Positions 40,738-49,973 of a stretch of 62,392 nt of DNA are shown piece by piece. Each line of letters begins with the position of its first letter. Positions within the stretch are counted from its first letter, which is position 1. The translations under genes were made by a program, and so were the position numbers. Source of the stretch: an uncultured virus (IMG/VR IMGVR_UViG_3300010355_001052) (lineage: Duplodnaviria; Heunggongvirae; Uroviricota; Caudoviricetes); IMG/VR virus record IMGVR_UViG_3300010355_001052; one strand, given 5' to 3'. Under the pieces are notes generated by a model. The model saw only the letters and a list, made by a program, of their open reading frames with translations, did no database searches and was not told where the DNA came from.

Positions 40738-41049
40738 CTAATCATTATGATGATCTCTCTTATCTTCCAATTGAATTTTTACAAGTTGTTCTACACTAGC
40801 TGATAGTTTACCAACTGTACTGGCTAAATTGCGTAATTCTAATTGAGTAGTTTGTTCAATTCTCTTTACATCACTATCCAATTGTAACTTAATAAGTTCA
40901 ATAGCTCCTTTGTTTTTACCAGCATCAATGACAGCTTGTTTAGCATCATTATGTACTATCTTAAGAAAGTAACCTATAATAGCAAATAGTATTAAGATTA
41001 CGGCACCAGCTACTCCTAATAAAAAAGTATATAAATCTTCTACGGTCAT
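40738..41049 (-). CDS. Holin-like single-TM coiled-coil protein
   Basis: N-terminal hydrophobic helix followed by a coiled coil; near the candidate endolysin. Confidence 0.45.
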   Translation of the reverse strand: MTVEDLYTFLLGVAGAVILILFAIIGYFLKIVHNDAKQAVIDAGKNKGAIELIKLQLDSDVKRIEQTTQLELRNLASTVGKLSASVEQLVKIQLEDKRDHHND

Positions 41050-41525
41050 GATTTACGTGATTGAAAGTATTGTTTCTTTAATTCCTTATGAGCCTGGGTA
41101 TAATTCCAAGCATCTGTTGCATGTTGTTTTTGTCCAAAGAAAAAACTTAATACACTACTAAAACCTCTTCCAAACCAATTCAGCTTACCATCAATTTCTA
41201 ATTTACCAGTACTTGCTGATACAGTAATATTTTTTTCTGTAAAAGTTGTGTGCTCTTCTGCAGTAATTAGATCCTCTATAATCTCACCATTGACATTCCA
41301 ACAAAGATCCATAGCAAAAGCTATTTCATAAAGTACATGTCCTAATGCTGCACAGAAACCATCAACAAGTCTCCACCAGAATTTAAAGAATGCTTTCCAG
41401 TCTTTACCGGTAACAGATAACCAGATTGAATATCCTAGAGAATAAAGAGTACCTATTGTAATGATTAGTACACTAACTAAGGTTGCCCACAGGAGAGACC
41501 AGATTCCTACACCTAATTCTTTCAT
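41046..41525 (-). CDS. Membrane protein, possibly lysis-related
   Basis: Hydrophobic N-terminus; TVSASTGK...H C-terminal motif. Confidence 0.45.
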   Translation of the reverse strand: MKELGVGIWSLLWATLVSVLIITIGTLYSLGYSIWLSVTGKDWKAFFKFWWRLVDGFCAALGHVLYEIAFAMDLCWNVNGEIIEDLITAEEHTTFTEKNITVSASTGKLEIDGKLNWFGRGFSSVLSFFFGQKQHATDAWNYTQAHKELKKQYFQSRKS

Positions 41526-41527
41526 AA

Positions 41528-42100
41528 TTAAACATCAGTTAAAATAGTAATAATTTCTGTAGCAATTTGTTGGGTCATATAAGGTTTAACACCAACTGTG
41601 TTTTGAACAGCTGTTGTTAAAGGAGTAATAGGGCCCTGGATGTAAATACCAATTTGAGTATTCAATGAACCTACCAAATCATACCCATATAACAATCCTT
41701 GATCCTTACCATATATGTCTTGCATGGTAGTTAAAACATAATCTTTTACAACACCTATAATGTTACTACGTTTTTTTTCTCCAAAACCAAATCTCTCATA
41801 AGGTAGGATTTCTTTGAAGAAAGGAATAGAATAACCTATTTGGTCATCAATAGTATACCAATTTACAGTGTCATAAATAGCTACATAAACCCCATCAACA
41901 AATTCATAAGAATAAACTTTGTCTAAAATCAAATCAGAAAAGACACCCTCAGAATATTCTCTGTAGTACTCAATCTTATCAATCAAGCCTTTAGTCATAT
42001 ACTGTTTTGGGTATAAACCAAGATGATCAAAATCAATCATTTCAGGTGTAGTAATACCTGAATTACCCACTGAATCTATTTGAAATATTTTTAAGTTCAT
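41528..42100 (-). CDS. Hypothetical protein (fibre-associated)
   Basis: Translationally coupled to the upstream fibre-like gene. Confidence 0.5.
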   Translation of the reverse strand: MNLKIFQIDSVGNSGITTPEMIDFDHLGLYPKQYMTKGLIDKIEYYREYSEGVFSDLILDKVYSYEFVDGVYVAIYDTVNWYTIDDQIGYSIPFFKEILPYERFGFGEKKRSNIIGVVKDYVLTTMQDIYGKDQGLLYGYDLVGSLNTQIGIYIQGPITPLTTAVQNTVGVKPYMTQQIATEIITILTDV

Positions 42101-42963
42101 TATGAATATCTTTTAAATACAGTAACTTTTGCTATTCTAATTGCACTACCAGTTGCAGGTGCAGCGGCTGCATTACCTAAATAAAAACCAGCTTGCAATC
42201 CGTTGGTTGCAGCAGGAGGAATTACACCTCTTACAGATCCTCCTGGTACATTTGCCATGTTTGTAAGTGTTGTCAGTAAAACATTGTCTCTGTAAACTCT
42301 GACTTCACTAAGCACATTATCATAAACAATTTTATATGATCTCCAGGTAACATTGTCATAAGGTACTCCTAAGTCAACAATAGTATTTGCCGTAGGACCA
42401 TTGTAGGTAGATCGCGCAATAAGAAACAAATTAGTTATAAGGCCTGGATTAAAACCACTAGCATTATTTGGATCACGCATGATTGCTAAAGCATTACCCA
42501 TTGCACTTAAGGGAGTAAAAGCATTTCGATTTATCCAACCAAGAATTTGTACACAATTAGTAGGACTAGGAACACCATTCCATCTTGCTTGACAAAAATA
42601 AACTGATTCAATAGCATCTATAAGTGATGGCATATATTGAAAACCACTACCAGTTACTAAAGATACTCTTGCATTTGTGGCTGTTCCCAATGTAGCAAGT
42701 GCCATTCCTGGAGAAATACCAGATTCACTTACTTGAGTATAAACAACAGTACTTCCTGCTCCTGAAACACTACCGCTCCAACCTACTGGTAAACTACCTG
42801 TGTCAAAATTGGTAATCTGAACATATTGTCTTTCATCAGCAAAAAAGGGAATACCTTCTCCAACATCAGCCATTGTGGCAATAGGATTACTGGTTGATGG
42901 GTTATTAGCTGCATATAATCCATCAGAGATGTTACCATCTAATTGTTGATCTATCCCTACCAT
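42100..42963 (-). CDS. Receptor-binding/fibre protein with a lectin-like beta-sandwich
   Basis: AANNPSTSNPIATMADV linker, then beta-rich WRSYKIVYD...VRVYRDNVLL. Confidence 0.45.
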   Translation of the reverse strand: MVGIDQQLDGNISDGLYAANNPSTSNPIATMADVGEGIPFFADERQYVQITNFDTGSLPVGWSGSVSGAGSTVVYTQVSESGISPGMALATLGTATNARVSLVTGSGFQYMPSLIDAIESVYFCQARWNGVPSPTNCVQILGWINRNAFTPLSAMGNALAIMRDPNNASGFNPGLITNLFLIARSTYNGPTANTIVDLGVPYDNVTWRSYKIVYDNVLSEVRVYRDNVLLTTLTNMANVPGGSVRGVIPPAATNGLQAGFYLGNAAAAPATGSAIRIAKVTVFKRYS

Positions 42964-42964
42964 A

Positions 42965-43618
42965 TTACACTAAATAAGAAATTAATATTGTAGTATTAGG
43001 TCCAGTTTGGTAAGATACCGCACCTATTGTATCAGTTTCACCAGTAGCAGTATATGTCAATGTAATACCATTAGGTATTGCTACTCCACCAATCTGACCA
43101 TTAGCACCTGATACACGCATACTTAATTGCTTAGCACCTGCTACTGTATTAGCAAGGGGTGTATTAGCTGGAATCAATTGTAATGTTGGAGTGCGTGAAA
43201 CAGCTGCATTGACAGTATTATTAATAGCTGTAACTTGAGTAAGAATATTATCAAGAACAAATTGAGGATTAACAAACTGTAATGGTCCAACTGGAACTAC
43301 TACTGCACCAGAAGCATCGTAATAAACAGGTGGTCCAAATACATGGTTTACATTGTCCCAAATTCTAATTTGAATATAGGTAGGGCAATTAGCAGGACAT
43401 CCTACACCACCAAGATCTACAACAAGAACTTGTTCAAACTCTTGTCCATTTTGAAGAGCAGCCAGTACTTGTAATCCAGTAGCTTCAGTAAAAAGACCAG
43501 CACCTCCACCACCACCGGTGATAGAATCATTGATAATTTTTAACATTTGTAAAGCTCCTAGCTGAAAAGGAAAGTTATTCCCTTTATTACCATTGTCTTT
43601 TAAATTTCCTACACTCAT
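42965..43618 (-). CDS. Virion fibre/decoration protein
   Basis: MSVGNLKDNGNKGNNFPFQ N-terminus; beta-rich and Gly-rich. Confidence 0.45.
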   Translation of the reverse strand: MSVGNLKDNGNKGNNFPFQLGALQMLKIINDSITGGGGGAGLFTEATGLQVLAALQNGQEFEQVLVVDLGGVGCPANCPTYIQIRIWDNVNHVFGPPVYYDASGAVVVPVGPLQFVNPQFVLDNILTQVTAINNTVNAAVSRTPTLQLIPANTPLANTVAGAKQLSMRVSGANGQIGGVAIPNGITLTYTATGETDTIGAVSYQTGPNTTILISYLV

Positions 43619-43624
43619 AGTTTT

Positions 43625-43942
43625 TTATTTTTCACCAGTAGCAGCTTCTAATAATCTGTGGGCATTAGCATACATGATTGTAGAAGAGAATACTTTTCTA
43701 ATACGCTCTTTAATAAATGTTGCCTCATCAAGAGTTAATTCCATTACATCACCTCTAGCTTTTTGAGCTCTTTCAGCAAGATCCCATTTCTTTAACATTT
43801 CTTTACCATCTTCACCTTTGTCAGCCTCAATAGTTGCTGTAAGAGCTGTGATGATAATGTCTACAAAAAGAATTTCTTTTCCAGCTTCTTTAAGCTCAGT
43901 TCCATCTATCCCACGGATAGGATCATTCATTGTTACTTTCAT
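43625..43942 (-). CDS. Tail-fibre chaperone-like small protein
   Basis: Helical 105-aa protein downstream of the fibre gene. Confidence 0.4.
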   Translation of the reverse strand: MKVTMNDPIRGIDGTELKEAGKEILFVDIIITALTATIEADKGEDGKEMLKKWDLAERAQKARGDVMELTLDEATFIKERIRKVFSSTIMYANAHRLLEAATGEK

Positions 43943-43965
43943 ATTGTTGGTTTATAAATTATAGA

Positions 43966-44334
43966 TTAGGCAGAAATAATGGTAGCATTACCGGATCCTA
44001 TACCCGGATGTGAACTATCACCATTTTCAATGATATCTTTATACATTTCTTGTAAAGCACTTGCTGACAAACTTGCTAAAGGTACATCATATACATATTT
44101 AGATACAGGATACTGAACCATTTCACCTCTAACAATGACTTGAGAATCAACTGCAGATCTCCATTTAGCAAAGTTTTCATAGATATTGGAGTCAAATCCT
44201 ACATCATACTTTACTTCTACTACACCATTTACAAGTTCTTTTCTTGTAATGATTGTAACATTGATATTAAGAACAGATCCTGCTCCTACTTGCGCACCTC
44301 CTTTAGAGGTAGTTCCTACATTAATTTGTATCAT
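43966..44334 (-). CDS. Hypothetical fibre-associated protein
   Basis: Directly follows the 720-aa fibre gene. Confidence 0.5.
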   Translation of the reverse strand: MIQINVGTTSKGGAQVGAGSVLNINVTIITRKELVNGVVEVKYDVGFDSNIYENFAKWRSAVDSQVIVRGEMVQYPVSKYVYDVPLASLSASALQEMYKDIIENGDSSHPGIGSGNATIISA

Positions 44335-44346
44335 ATTTTTTAATAA

Positions 44347-46509
44347 TTAAAGTTTAATCCAAACACCATTTTCTCTTCCCCAGAATCCAACTGATATAAA
44401 GGTACCATTTGTATCTGTTACATATACCACCATTGAATCTTCAGCAGTTAAAGCACTTGCCTGAGCAGATGTCATACCACCACCAAGTTTAATAGGAGCT
44501 TTTGTTGTAGTAGAAAAATCAGTTAATGCATTCAGACTTGGTGTTATAGTACCAAAACCATTGCTCGCTTGTCCAGCTGATACATATCCATAGTTATTTG
44601 TTCCAATAGTATTACTTTGAATCATCATACCATATGTATTAGTAATTGCCCCACCAGTTACATTTGTTGGAGTTCTTACTAAAATACCAATCATGTTTGT
44701 AATAGTTCCACCACCTACTTCTCCGTAAGTAACATCAATACCACCATAATTAGTTATTACACCATCTCTTACTTGAGATAATGCTTGTACAGCAAATGCA
44801 TTACTTATTGTAGCATTACCAATTAGCCAATTCATTGCAGTAAAACCATTCATCATATTAAGGGACCCATTCCCATCATTACGAGTTTGAAAATAGGCTG
44901 CTCTAATTTCAGCAGAGTTAACTGAACTTAATCTATATAAACGAGTAGTCATTGTACTGGCATTATTACCAGTAGATCCTGGATTATTATAAGTTTGATC
45001 AAAAACAACTGTGTTTGTATAATCAGTAGTGATAGTTGCATCAAGACGTAATTTTTCTGCATTAGCAAATCCACCAGTAAGTGAATTGATACCAATAGCT
45101 AATCCACCACTATCAACAAATCTTGCTAATTCAGAACCACCAGAATTTTTCCAAATTTGACTGTTAGTAGCTGCTGTAGATCCAACACCTGTTATTGTAA
45201 CTTTTGTAGATGCTGTATCAGATCCCCCAAATCCCCAATTACCTGTAGGTCCATCTATTGTACCAGCTAAAATACCTAGGTTATTGGTATAAAAATCAAA
45301 TTGAGTAGTATCAGTAGAAATATTTAAGTAAGCTGTTGCAACATCTGTAACAATAAGTTCAGCAAAACTATCAACAGTACCTCCAATTGTATGGGTAGTT
45401 CTGAAACCCATACTTACTAAATTCTCAGTATTTACTGCAAGGTAATCTGTAGTACCATCAGGAAAGAAAATTACAGAATCTTGTGGATCAGATGTTCTAA
45501 GAAAGAAACCTCCTCCATCAGTAAGTTGTAGAGAACCTTGTAAAGAAGCAAACTGAAAAATAAGATCACTTCCTAGAGTAACAGTTCTTACTCCGGTTGT
45601 AGAGCCATTAGCTGTATAAAATGTAGGAATAGCAAGTTGAGTTGCAAGATCAGTATACGTTGTTACTTTAATTATACCAGCAGGTGTTGAAAACAAAACA
45701 CCATCAGCAGGTGTAGGTGTTGTTGTAACTAAACCAAATGCCTGAGATGCTAATTTTTCACCATAAGAACTTGCTGATAGTCCAGTAAACAGAGTCCCAT
45801 CAGTCCAATACATTGCAGAATGTATTGTTCCAGGAGCAAAGAAATTATCCCCAGTATAATGACAAACTTGATCAGTAAGTGATTGAGTCATCATTATTGT
45901 TTCACTTCCACCTGTTCCAGTTTGCACAGTAGCAAATGAATTATTAGCTGCAGTTGTTAAATTAGCAGCCCACCCATCTTGACCAAATCCTACTGGGTCT
46001 GCACCAAATCCAGCAATTAAATTTATTGGACCATTTGAATATGTAAACAATGTTGTTCCATTTGCAAAAGTAAGAATATCAGTAAGAGTAGCTACACGAT
46101 TTGTTCCAACTGTACCATTTGCTGAATAGAGTGTATCAGGAAGATCAGAAAGTAAAGCAATAGTACCTGATTGATTTGGAAGACTCCAAGTTTGGTTACC
46201 AGTTAAAGCTAATGTAGTAAGTCCTCCTGAGAAAGCTCCACTATTAAAAGTGACATTATCACCATTAGAAATAACAATGTTATTACCTCCAGTTACATTA
46301 CCTAAAGCAAGTGTTTGAGCTAATGTTTGATTACCTGATGCAAGAGCCATAAGATCCAGAACACTGATAGCCATGTTCTCATACTGAGTGCCATCACGTT
46401 GTACACCCATTTTCTTACCAATGAGAATTAAATCTTTGGCTAGGTCTACTTGAGCAGAACTCAAAAGACCATGCTCAGCAATTATACCTGGGAAGTTTAC
46501 TATATCCAT
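44347..46509 (-). CDS. Tail fibre/spike protein
   Basis: QTLAQTLALGN, LPNQSGTIALLSDL and YSANGT/YTANGS repeats, T/G/N-rich beta-helix-like body, C-terminal VYVTDT...GFWG...W.KL cap. Confidence 0.65.
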   Translation of the reverse strand: MDIVNFPGIIAEHGLLSSAQVDLAKDLILIGKKMGVQRDGTQYENMAISVLDLMALASGNQTLAQTLALGNVTGGNNIVISNGDNVTFNSGAFSGGLTTLALTGNQTWSLPNQSGTIALLSDLPDTLYSANGTVGTNRVATLTDILTFANGTTLFTYSNGPINLIAGFGADPVGFGQDGWAANLTTAANNSFATVQTGTGGSETIMMTQSLTDQVCHYTGDNFFAPGTIHSAMYWTDGTLFTGLSASSYGEKLASQAFGLVTTTPTPADGVLFSTPAGIIKVTTYTDLATQLAIPTFYTANGSTTGVRTVTLGSDLIFQFASLQGSLQLTDGGGFFLRTSDPQDSVIFFPDGTTDYLAVNTENLVSMGFRTTHTIGGTVDSFAELIVTDVATAYLNISTDTTQFDFYTNNLGILAGTIDGPTGNWGFGGSDTASTKVTITGVGSTAATNSQIWKNSGGSELARFVDSGGLAIGINSLTGGFANAEKLRLDATITTDYTNTVVFDQTYNNPGSTGNNASTMTTRLYRLSSVNSAEIRAAYFQTRNDGNGSLNMMNGFTAMNWLIGNATISNAFAVQALSQVRDGVITNYGGIDVTYGEVGGGTITNMIGILVRTPTNVTGGAITNTYGMMIQSNTIGTNNYGYVSAGQASNGFGTITPSLNALTDFSTTTKAPIKLGGGMTSAQASALTAEDSMVVYVTDTNGTFISVGFWGRENGVWIKL

Positions 46510-46578
46510 GATGAGAATAATTATTATCTATATACAATATAATAAATTATTCTGATAATAGCAAGAAAAAAAATTTAG

Positions 46579-46649
46579 TTGCCTGAGAAGGGATCGAACC
46601 TCCATTCTATGGACCAAAACCACATGTACTGCCATTATACGATCAGGCA
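46579..46649 (-). tRNA. tRNA-Gln(UUG)
   Basis: TGCCTGA/TCAGGCA acceptor stem, TGTGG-TTTTGGT-CCATA anticodon arm, GGTTCGATCC T-arm. Confidence 0.85.
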
Positions 46650-46660
46650 TTATAATCTGT

Positions 46661-46732
46661 TACTCTGAAGGGATTTGAACCCCTAGTCTTCTGATCCGTA
46701 GTCAGAAATGTTATCCAGTTACACCACAGAGC
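46661..46732 (-). tRNA. tRNA-Arg(ACG)
   Basis: GCTCTG/CAGAGT acceptor stem, TCTGA-CTACGGA-TCAGA anticodon arm, GGTTCAAATCC T-arm. Confidence 0.85.
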
Positions 46733-46736
46733 AATG

Positions 46737-46811
46737 TGGGTGATAGAAGAGGATTGAACTCTTGACCTCCGGCTCCACAAACCGGCGCTCTACCTACTGA
46801 GCTATAGACCC
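46737..46811 (-). tRNA. tRNA-His(GUG) with a mispaired acceptor stem
   Basis: Canonical D arm (GCTC/GAGC), CCGGT-TTGTGGA-GCCGG anticodon arm and T-arm. The acceptor strands GGGTCTA and CTATCAC pair poorly. Confidence 0.65.
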
Positions 46812-46848
46812 AAAAAAAATCCCTGAGCTTTTTAAACCCAGGGACTTT
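46812..46848 (-). terminator. Terminator-like hairpin just upstream of the tRNA cluster
   Basis: GTCCCTGGG...CTCAGGGAT followed by a T-run. Confidence 0.6.
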
Positions 46849-46966
46849 ATTGTATTAACCAAACTATTTGAACAATACTCAATAAGGAATCCCCGGGGAC
46901 CTAAATAAGGACAACCAGCAATAACTAAAGAGTAATGAGAAATTCATCATGGTGTAAAGATAATAC

Positions 46967-47473
46967 TTAAATTTCAATCTCAGCAATTTTTTCAATAATT
47001 TTTTCATATTGCTCTTTTGTAATTTTCTTATTCTTGAAATAGAGCATGTCATCATCCTTCTCATCTTTACCTATAGCAAGTAACTTATTGTAACCAGAAG
47101 TACTCATTATAAAATGATAAGTTGCAATTTTTAAAGTTTTAAGTGCAAATTCAGGATGCTCAACTTCTCTCTTAAGAATTTCCTTGTGGAATACATCCTC
47201 AAGTTCCCGGAGCTGATCAAGACTTATATCATACACCAACCTCATTACTTCTTCAGGTTGAAAATAGAAACTTGGTAAAGGAGAAATGCTAAGATCTGTT
47301 GTACCATCTTTTACAGAAGGCTTGAAAGACATAGTACATACATTACTAGTATGCCCAAATCTTTCCACAAATTGTCTTGCTATCTTGTCACGTACATCAT
47401 CTGAATGTTCTGCATGTACTAGGATAATGGGATTATTACCTCCATCAAGGTCAAAGGTTACTCTACTTTTCAT
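46967..47473 (-). CDS. Hypothetical protein
   Basis: 168-aa ORF with TATATTTG (host-type -7 element) upstream at 47517-47524. Confidence 0.6.
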   Translation of the reverse strand: MKSRVTFDLDGGNNPIILVHAEHSDDVRDKIARQFVERFGHTSNVCTMSFKPSVKDGTTDLSISPLPSFYFQPEEVMRLVYDISLDQLRELEDVFHKEILKREVEHPEFALKTLKIATYHFIMSTSGYNKLLAIGKDEKDDDMLYFKNKKITKEQYEKIIEKIAEIEI

Positions 47474-47527
47474 ACTTGTTTTTTTAGTCCCGGGCTTAAT
47501 TGCTCACAGGCTATCACAAATATAAAA

Positions 47528-47926
47528 TTATTTTTTCTTTTCCCAAATGAAATTTAAAAAGTTCCGGGTGAAGTAACCAAGATGATAAGCATATATCTCA
47601 TCTGAATCATCACTAAGTCTAATGTCCCGGTGATGCCTCAAAAAAAGATCTACTGAATGAAATAACTCATGAGTCAAAGTACCATAATCAAAAGCATCAG
47701 ATTCCCATTTATAAAAAACAATCACAGCTATTCCCGGATCCTCTAATATAAATGTACAAGCATGCTTCTTACTGTTTGCCCTAATGTCCACCATCAAAGA
47801 ATTAATGTCCTTAATGTTATATCTTAAGTTATTCTTCTTCAAAGCCTGAACTATCTCCCGCTTAGTAGGAACATTTATACAAAGAGCAATAGAATATAAA
47901 AAAGTCTTTTCTTCTACTACATACAT
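47528..47926 (-). CDS. Zincin-like metallopeptidase
   Basis: LTHELFH (HExxH) followed by DEIYAY. Confidence 0.65.
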   Translation of the reverse strand: MYVVEEKTFLYSIALCINVPTKREIVQALKKNNLRYNIKDINSLMVDIRANSKKHACTFILEDPGIAVIVFYKWESDAFDYGTLTHELFHSVDLFLRHHRDIRLSDDSDEIYAYHLGYFTRNFLNFIWEKKK

Positions 47927-48301
47927 AAAAATAAGTGTTGGTATAAAGTAAAGATAGTAACTTCTAATTTATCCCACCTAAAATAAATAGGAATTTACTG
48001 TGTGGATTAAAGAGGTGGGGGTGATCTATAATTTGCCCCCGGGTCATTTACAAAAAGGGGTGTACCCCCATGATGTTGTGGTAGAGGAAGGGAAATTCCC
48101 AGGTGCTATAGGAAAAAGCATTCTTTTTTCTAGAAAATGTTTCACTCTGGGAGAGGCACTGCTCGTCTGCTCTGCAGACCTCGCAGCAGACCAAGACATC
48201 TGATGATGTCAGAGGAGCAGAGCAGAGACATGTTCTTATCTACATCTCATGGTATGTTATCTATAATATATAGCCCATCATTCACATTAAAAATATACAC
48301 T

Positions 48302-48466
48302 ATGAAAACTTTCCACAAATTTGTACAAGCAGCACTAAAAGACGGAGCTAAATTCAATTTAGATAAAGATGAAATATCTGATTATATCTATATGCTTCTC
48401 GTTGACCACTTATACTGGGAGCAATATGATAACCTGTTATATGTGAATGATGATCTGCCCTTTTAG
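48302..48466 (+). CDS. 54-aa early microprotein (start MKTFHK)
   Basis: ATG 19 nt after motif copy 1, followed by the TGCCC-TTTTA-GGGCA terminator. Confidence 0.65.
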   Translation: MKTFHKFVQAALKDGAKFNLDKDEISDYIYMLLVDHLYWEQYDNLLYVNDDLPF

Positions 48467-48504
48467 GGCATTTCATTTTTTTCTTATAACCCATTATTTA
48501 GGCT

Positions 48505-48571
48505 AAAGAATATATCCTGTAATCCGGTAATTAGCCGTAAGTATACCACACGTAAGTTGGGTATATTCTTT
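48505..48571 (+). ncRNA. Small structured RNA occupying a cassette slot
   Basis: Follows motif copy 2; AAAGAATATATCC/GGGTATATTCTTT stem then a T-run; contains no ORF. Confidence 0.5.
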
Positions 48572-48609
48572 TTTTATTTATAGCCCATTATTTAGGCTAA
48601 AAACATATT

Positions 48610-48786
48610 ATGAAAAGAACTAATAGTATTGGTAAGATTATGTTGGTGACATTACTTATCGCGTTTGTTGCATCTGTAATAATAGAGGTTATTGAAACAA
48701 TATACGGAGCTGATGTGATATTCACATTTGCACTGATCTGTATTCCAATAGTCTTTGTGTGGATAGCTTCTACAACAAAAGCCTAA
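48610..48786 (+). CDS. 58-aa two-TM membrane microprotein
   Basis: MKRTNSIGKIMLVTLLIAFVASVII...ALICIPIVFVWIASTTKA*, between motif and terminator. Confidence 0.65.
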   Translation: MKRTNSIGKIMLVTLLIAFVASVIIEVIETIYGADVIFTFALICIPIVFVWIASTTKA

Positions 48787-48852
48787 ATAACGGGGAGCTT
48801 ATGCTCCTCTTATTTTTTGCTTATAGCCCATTATTCTTTCTAAAAATGTATT

Positions 48853-49011
48853 ATGAAAGCACTACCAAGAACAAAAGAGATGATTGATAATCAGCTCACA
48901 GAGACACAGATTATTAACTATAACAACGGAATGAAGATTAAAAGAATCTTCGGGAATCCACAGCAACCGCAGGTACCAACTGCTATTGAGTGGTTAGTTC
49001 CTAAGTTATAA
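48853..49011 (+). CDS. 52-aa early microprotein
   Basis: MKALPRTKEM...IEWLVPKL*, followed by a GGGC-TTCG-GCCC terminator. Confidence 0.65.
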   Translation: MKALPRTKEMIDNQLTETQIINYNNGMKIKRIFGNPQQPQVPTAIEWLVPKL

Positions 49012-49077
49012 AGGATAGGGCTTCGGCCCATTTCCTTTTTAATCTATAGCCCATTATTTTGCCTAAAACTTTATACT

Positions 49078-49347
49078 ATGACAACACTAGAAAAATTCAA
49101 CAAGATTCCTGTATACGGGAAACCTGTTACTTACGGTAATTTGTACTTCATTAAATGGAGAATGACTCTTGAGAAAGCTAGAGCATTTTACAAAAAACTG
49201 GTTGCTCAACATCCTAATCTAAAGCGTGACATTATGTTCCATGTAACTATGAAACAACATGTTATTATTGGAGGAAGATTTGATGCAAAATCCGGAATCA
49301 ATGAATCAGCAAAATTGATACTAATGCAATTACCAAAGGGGAGTTAA
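49078..49347 (+). CDS. Early hypothetical protein
   Basis: Motif-ORF-terminator cassette. Confidence 0.7.
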   Translation: MTTLEKFNKIPVYGKPVTYGNLYFIKWRMTLEKARAFYKKLVAQHPNLKRDIMFHVTMKQHVIIGGRFDAKSGINESAKLILMQLPKGS

Positions 49348-49400
49348 TCCCCTTTGTTTCTTTTACTTATAACCCATTACTTAATGTAAAACTTTAATAT

Positions 49401-49511
49401 ATGAGCTTCTTAATTATCTACAAAATGGCTGTTCACTCTAATGAGGGTGACAGAAAAGCAATAAGAGCTGAGCTTGAAAGATTATTGAACACAAGACTTG
49501 GTATTAAGTAA
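49401..49511 (+). CDS. 36-aa early microprotein
   Basis: MSFLIIYKMAVHSNEGDRKAIRAELERLLNTRLGIK*, within a cassette. Confidence 0.55.
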   Translation: MSFLIIYKMAVHSNEGDRKAIRAELERLLNTRLGIK

Positions 49512-49569
49512 TGGACTTTGGTCTGTTACTTTTTTTTCTTTTAGCCCATTATTTTTATTAAAATTTATT

Positions 49570-49821
49570 ATGGCAAAAGAAGATAGAGTAATTATAAAAA
49601 AAGAATTAACATCATTTCTTACTGCAGCACGCCTTGCTTTAAACGAGGCTGAAGTACAAGACATGAAAGCATTTTGTATTAGACAAAGTTCAAGTGTTAA
49701 AGAAGGTGAGGATAAATGCAGAAACTATTTATGTCAAACTGTAAGTTGGTTATTACACCATCATTTAAAAAAAGAAATTGACTTAAGAACAGGATGTATT
49801 ATCAGAAAAGCCAAAGAATAA
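49570..49821 (+). CDS. Early hypothetical protein (start MAKEDR)
   Basis: ATG after motif copy 7; terminator AAGGGAG-TAAT-CTCCCTT. Confidence 0.7.
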   Translation: MAKEDRVIIKKELTSFLTAARLALNEAEVQDMKAFCIRQSSSVKEGEDKCRNYLCQTVSWLLHHHLKKEIDLRTGCIIRKAKE

Positions 49822-49973
49822 GGGAGTAATCTCCCTTTTTCTTTTTACTTAAGTTCTCCTCATAACCCAGCATTCATATTGCTGATAGTTCAAGTCATAG
49901 TATTTTTCCCAGGATCCTGTAATAAGGATTTTGGGTTTTGGTATCTAGCCCATTATTGATTCTAAAAAATATT

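Noticed and set aside
27..44343. Short plus-strand ORFs (e.g. 27-302, 4489-4713, 11487-11702, 31131-31415) and nested minus-strand ORFs in the structural arm
   Set aside because: They are antisense or out-of-frame shadows of long genes with implausible composition.
42100..46509. Diversity-generating retroelement acting on fibre genes
   Set aside because: No reverse transcriptase or template/variable repeat pair was seen in this window.
46560..46580. Theta (HDV-like) ribozymes 3' of the tRNAs
   Set aside because: The tRNA 3' flanks are short AT-rich spacers without the nested double-pseudoknot pattern.
1..47926. Stop-codon reassignment (TAG or TGA), known in some crAss-like phages
   Set aside because: Long genes are intact under code 11, TAG and TGA serve as real stops (for example portal TAG), and no suppressor tRNA was seen.
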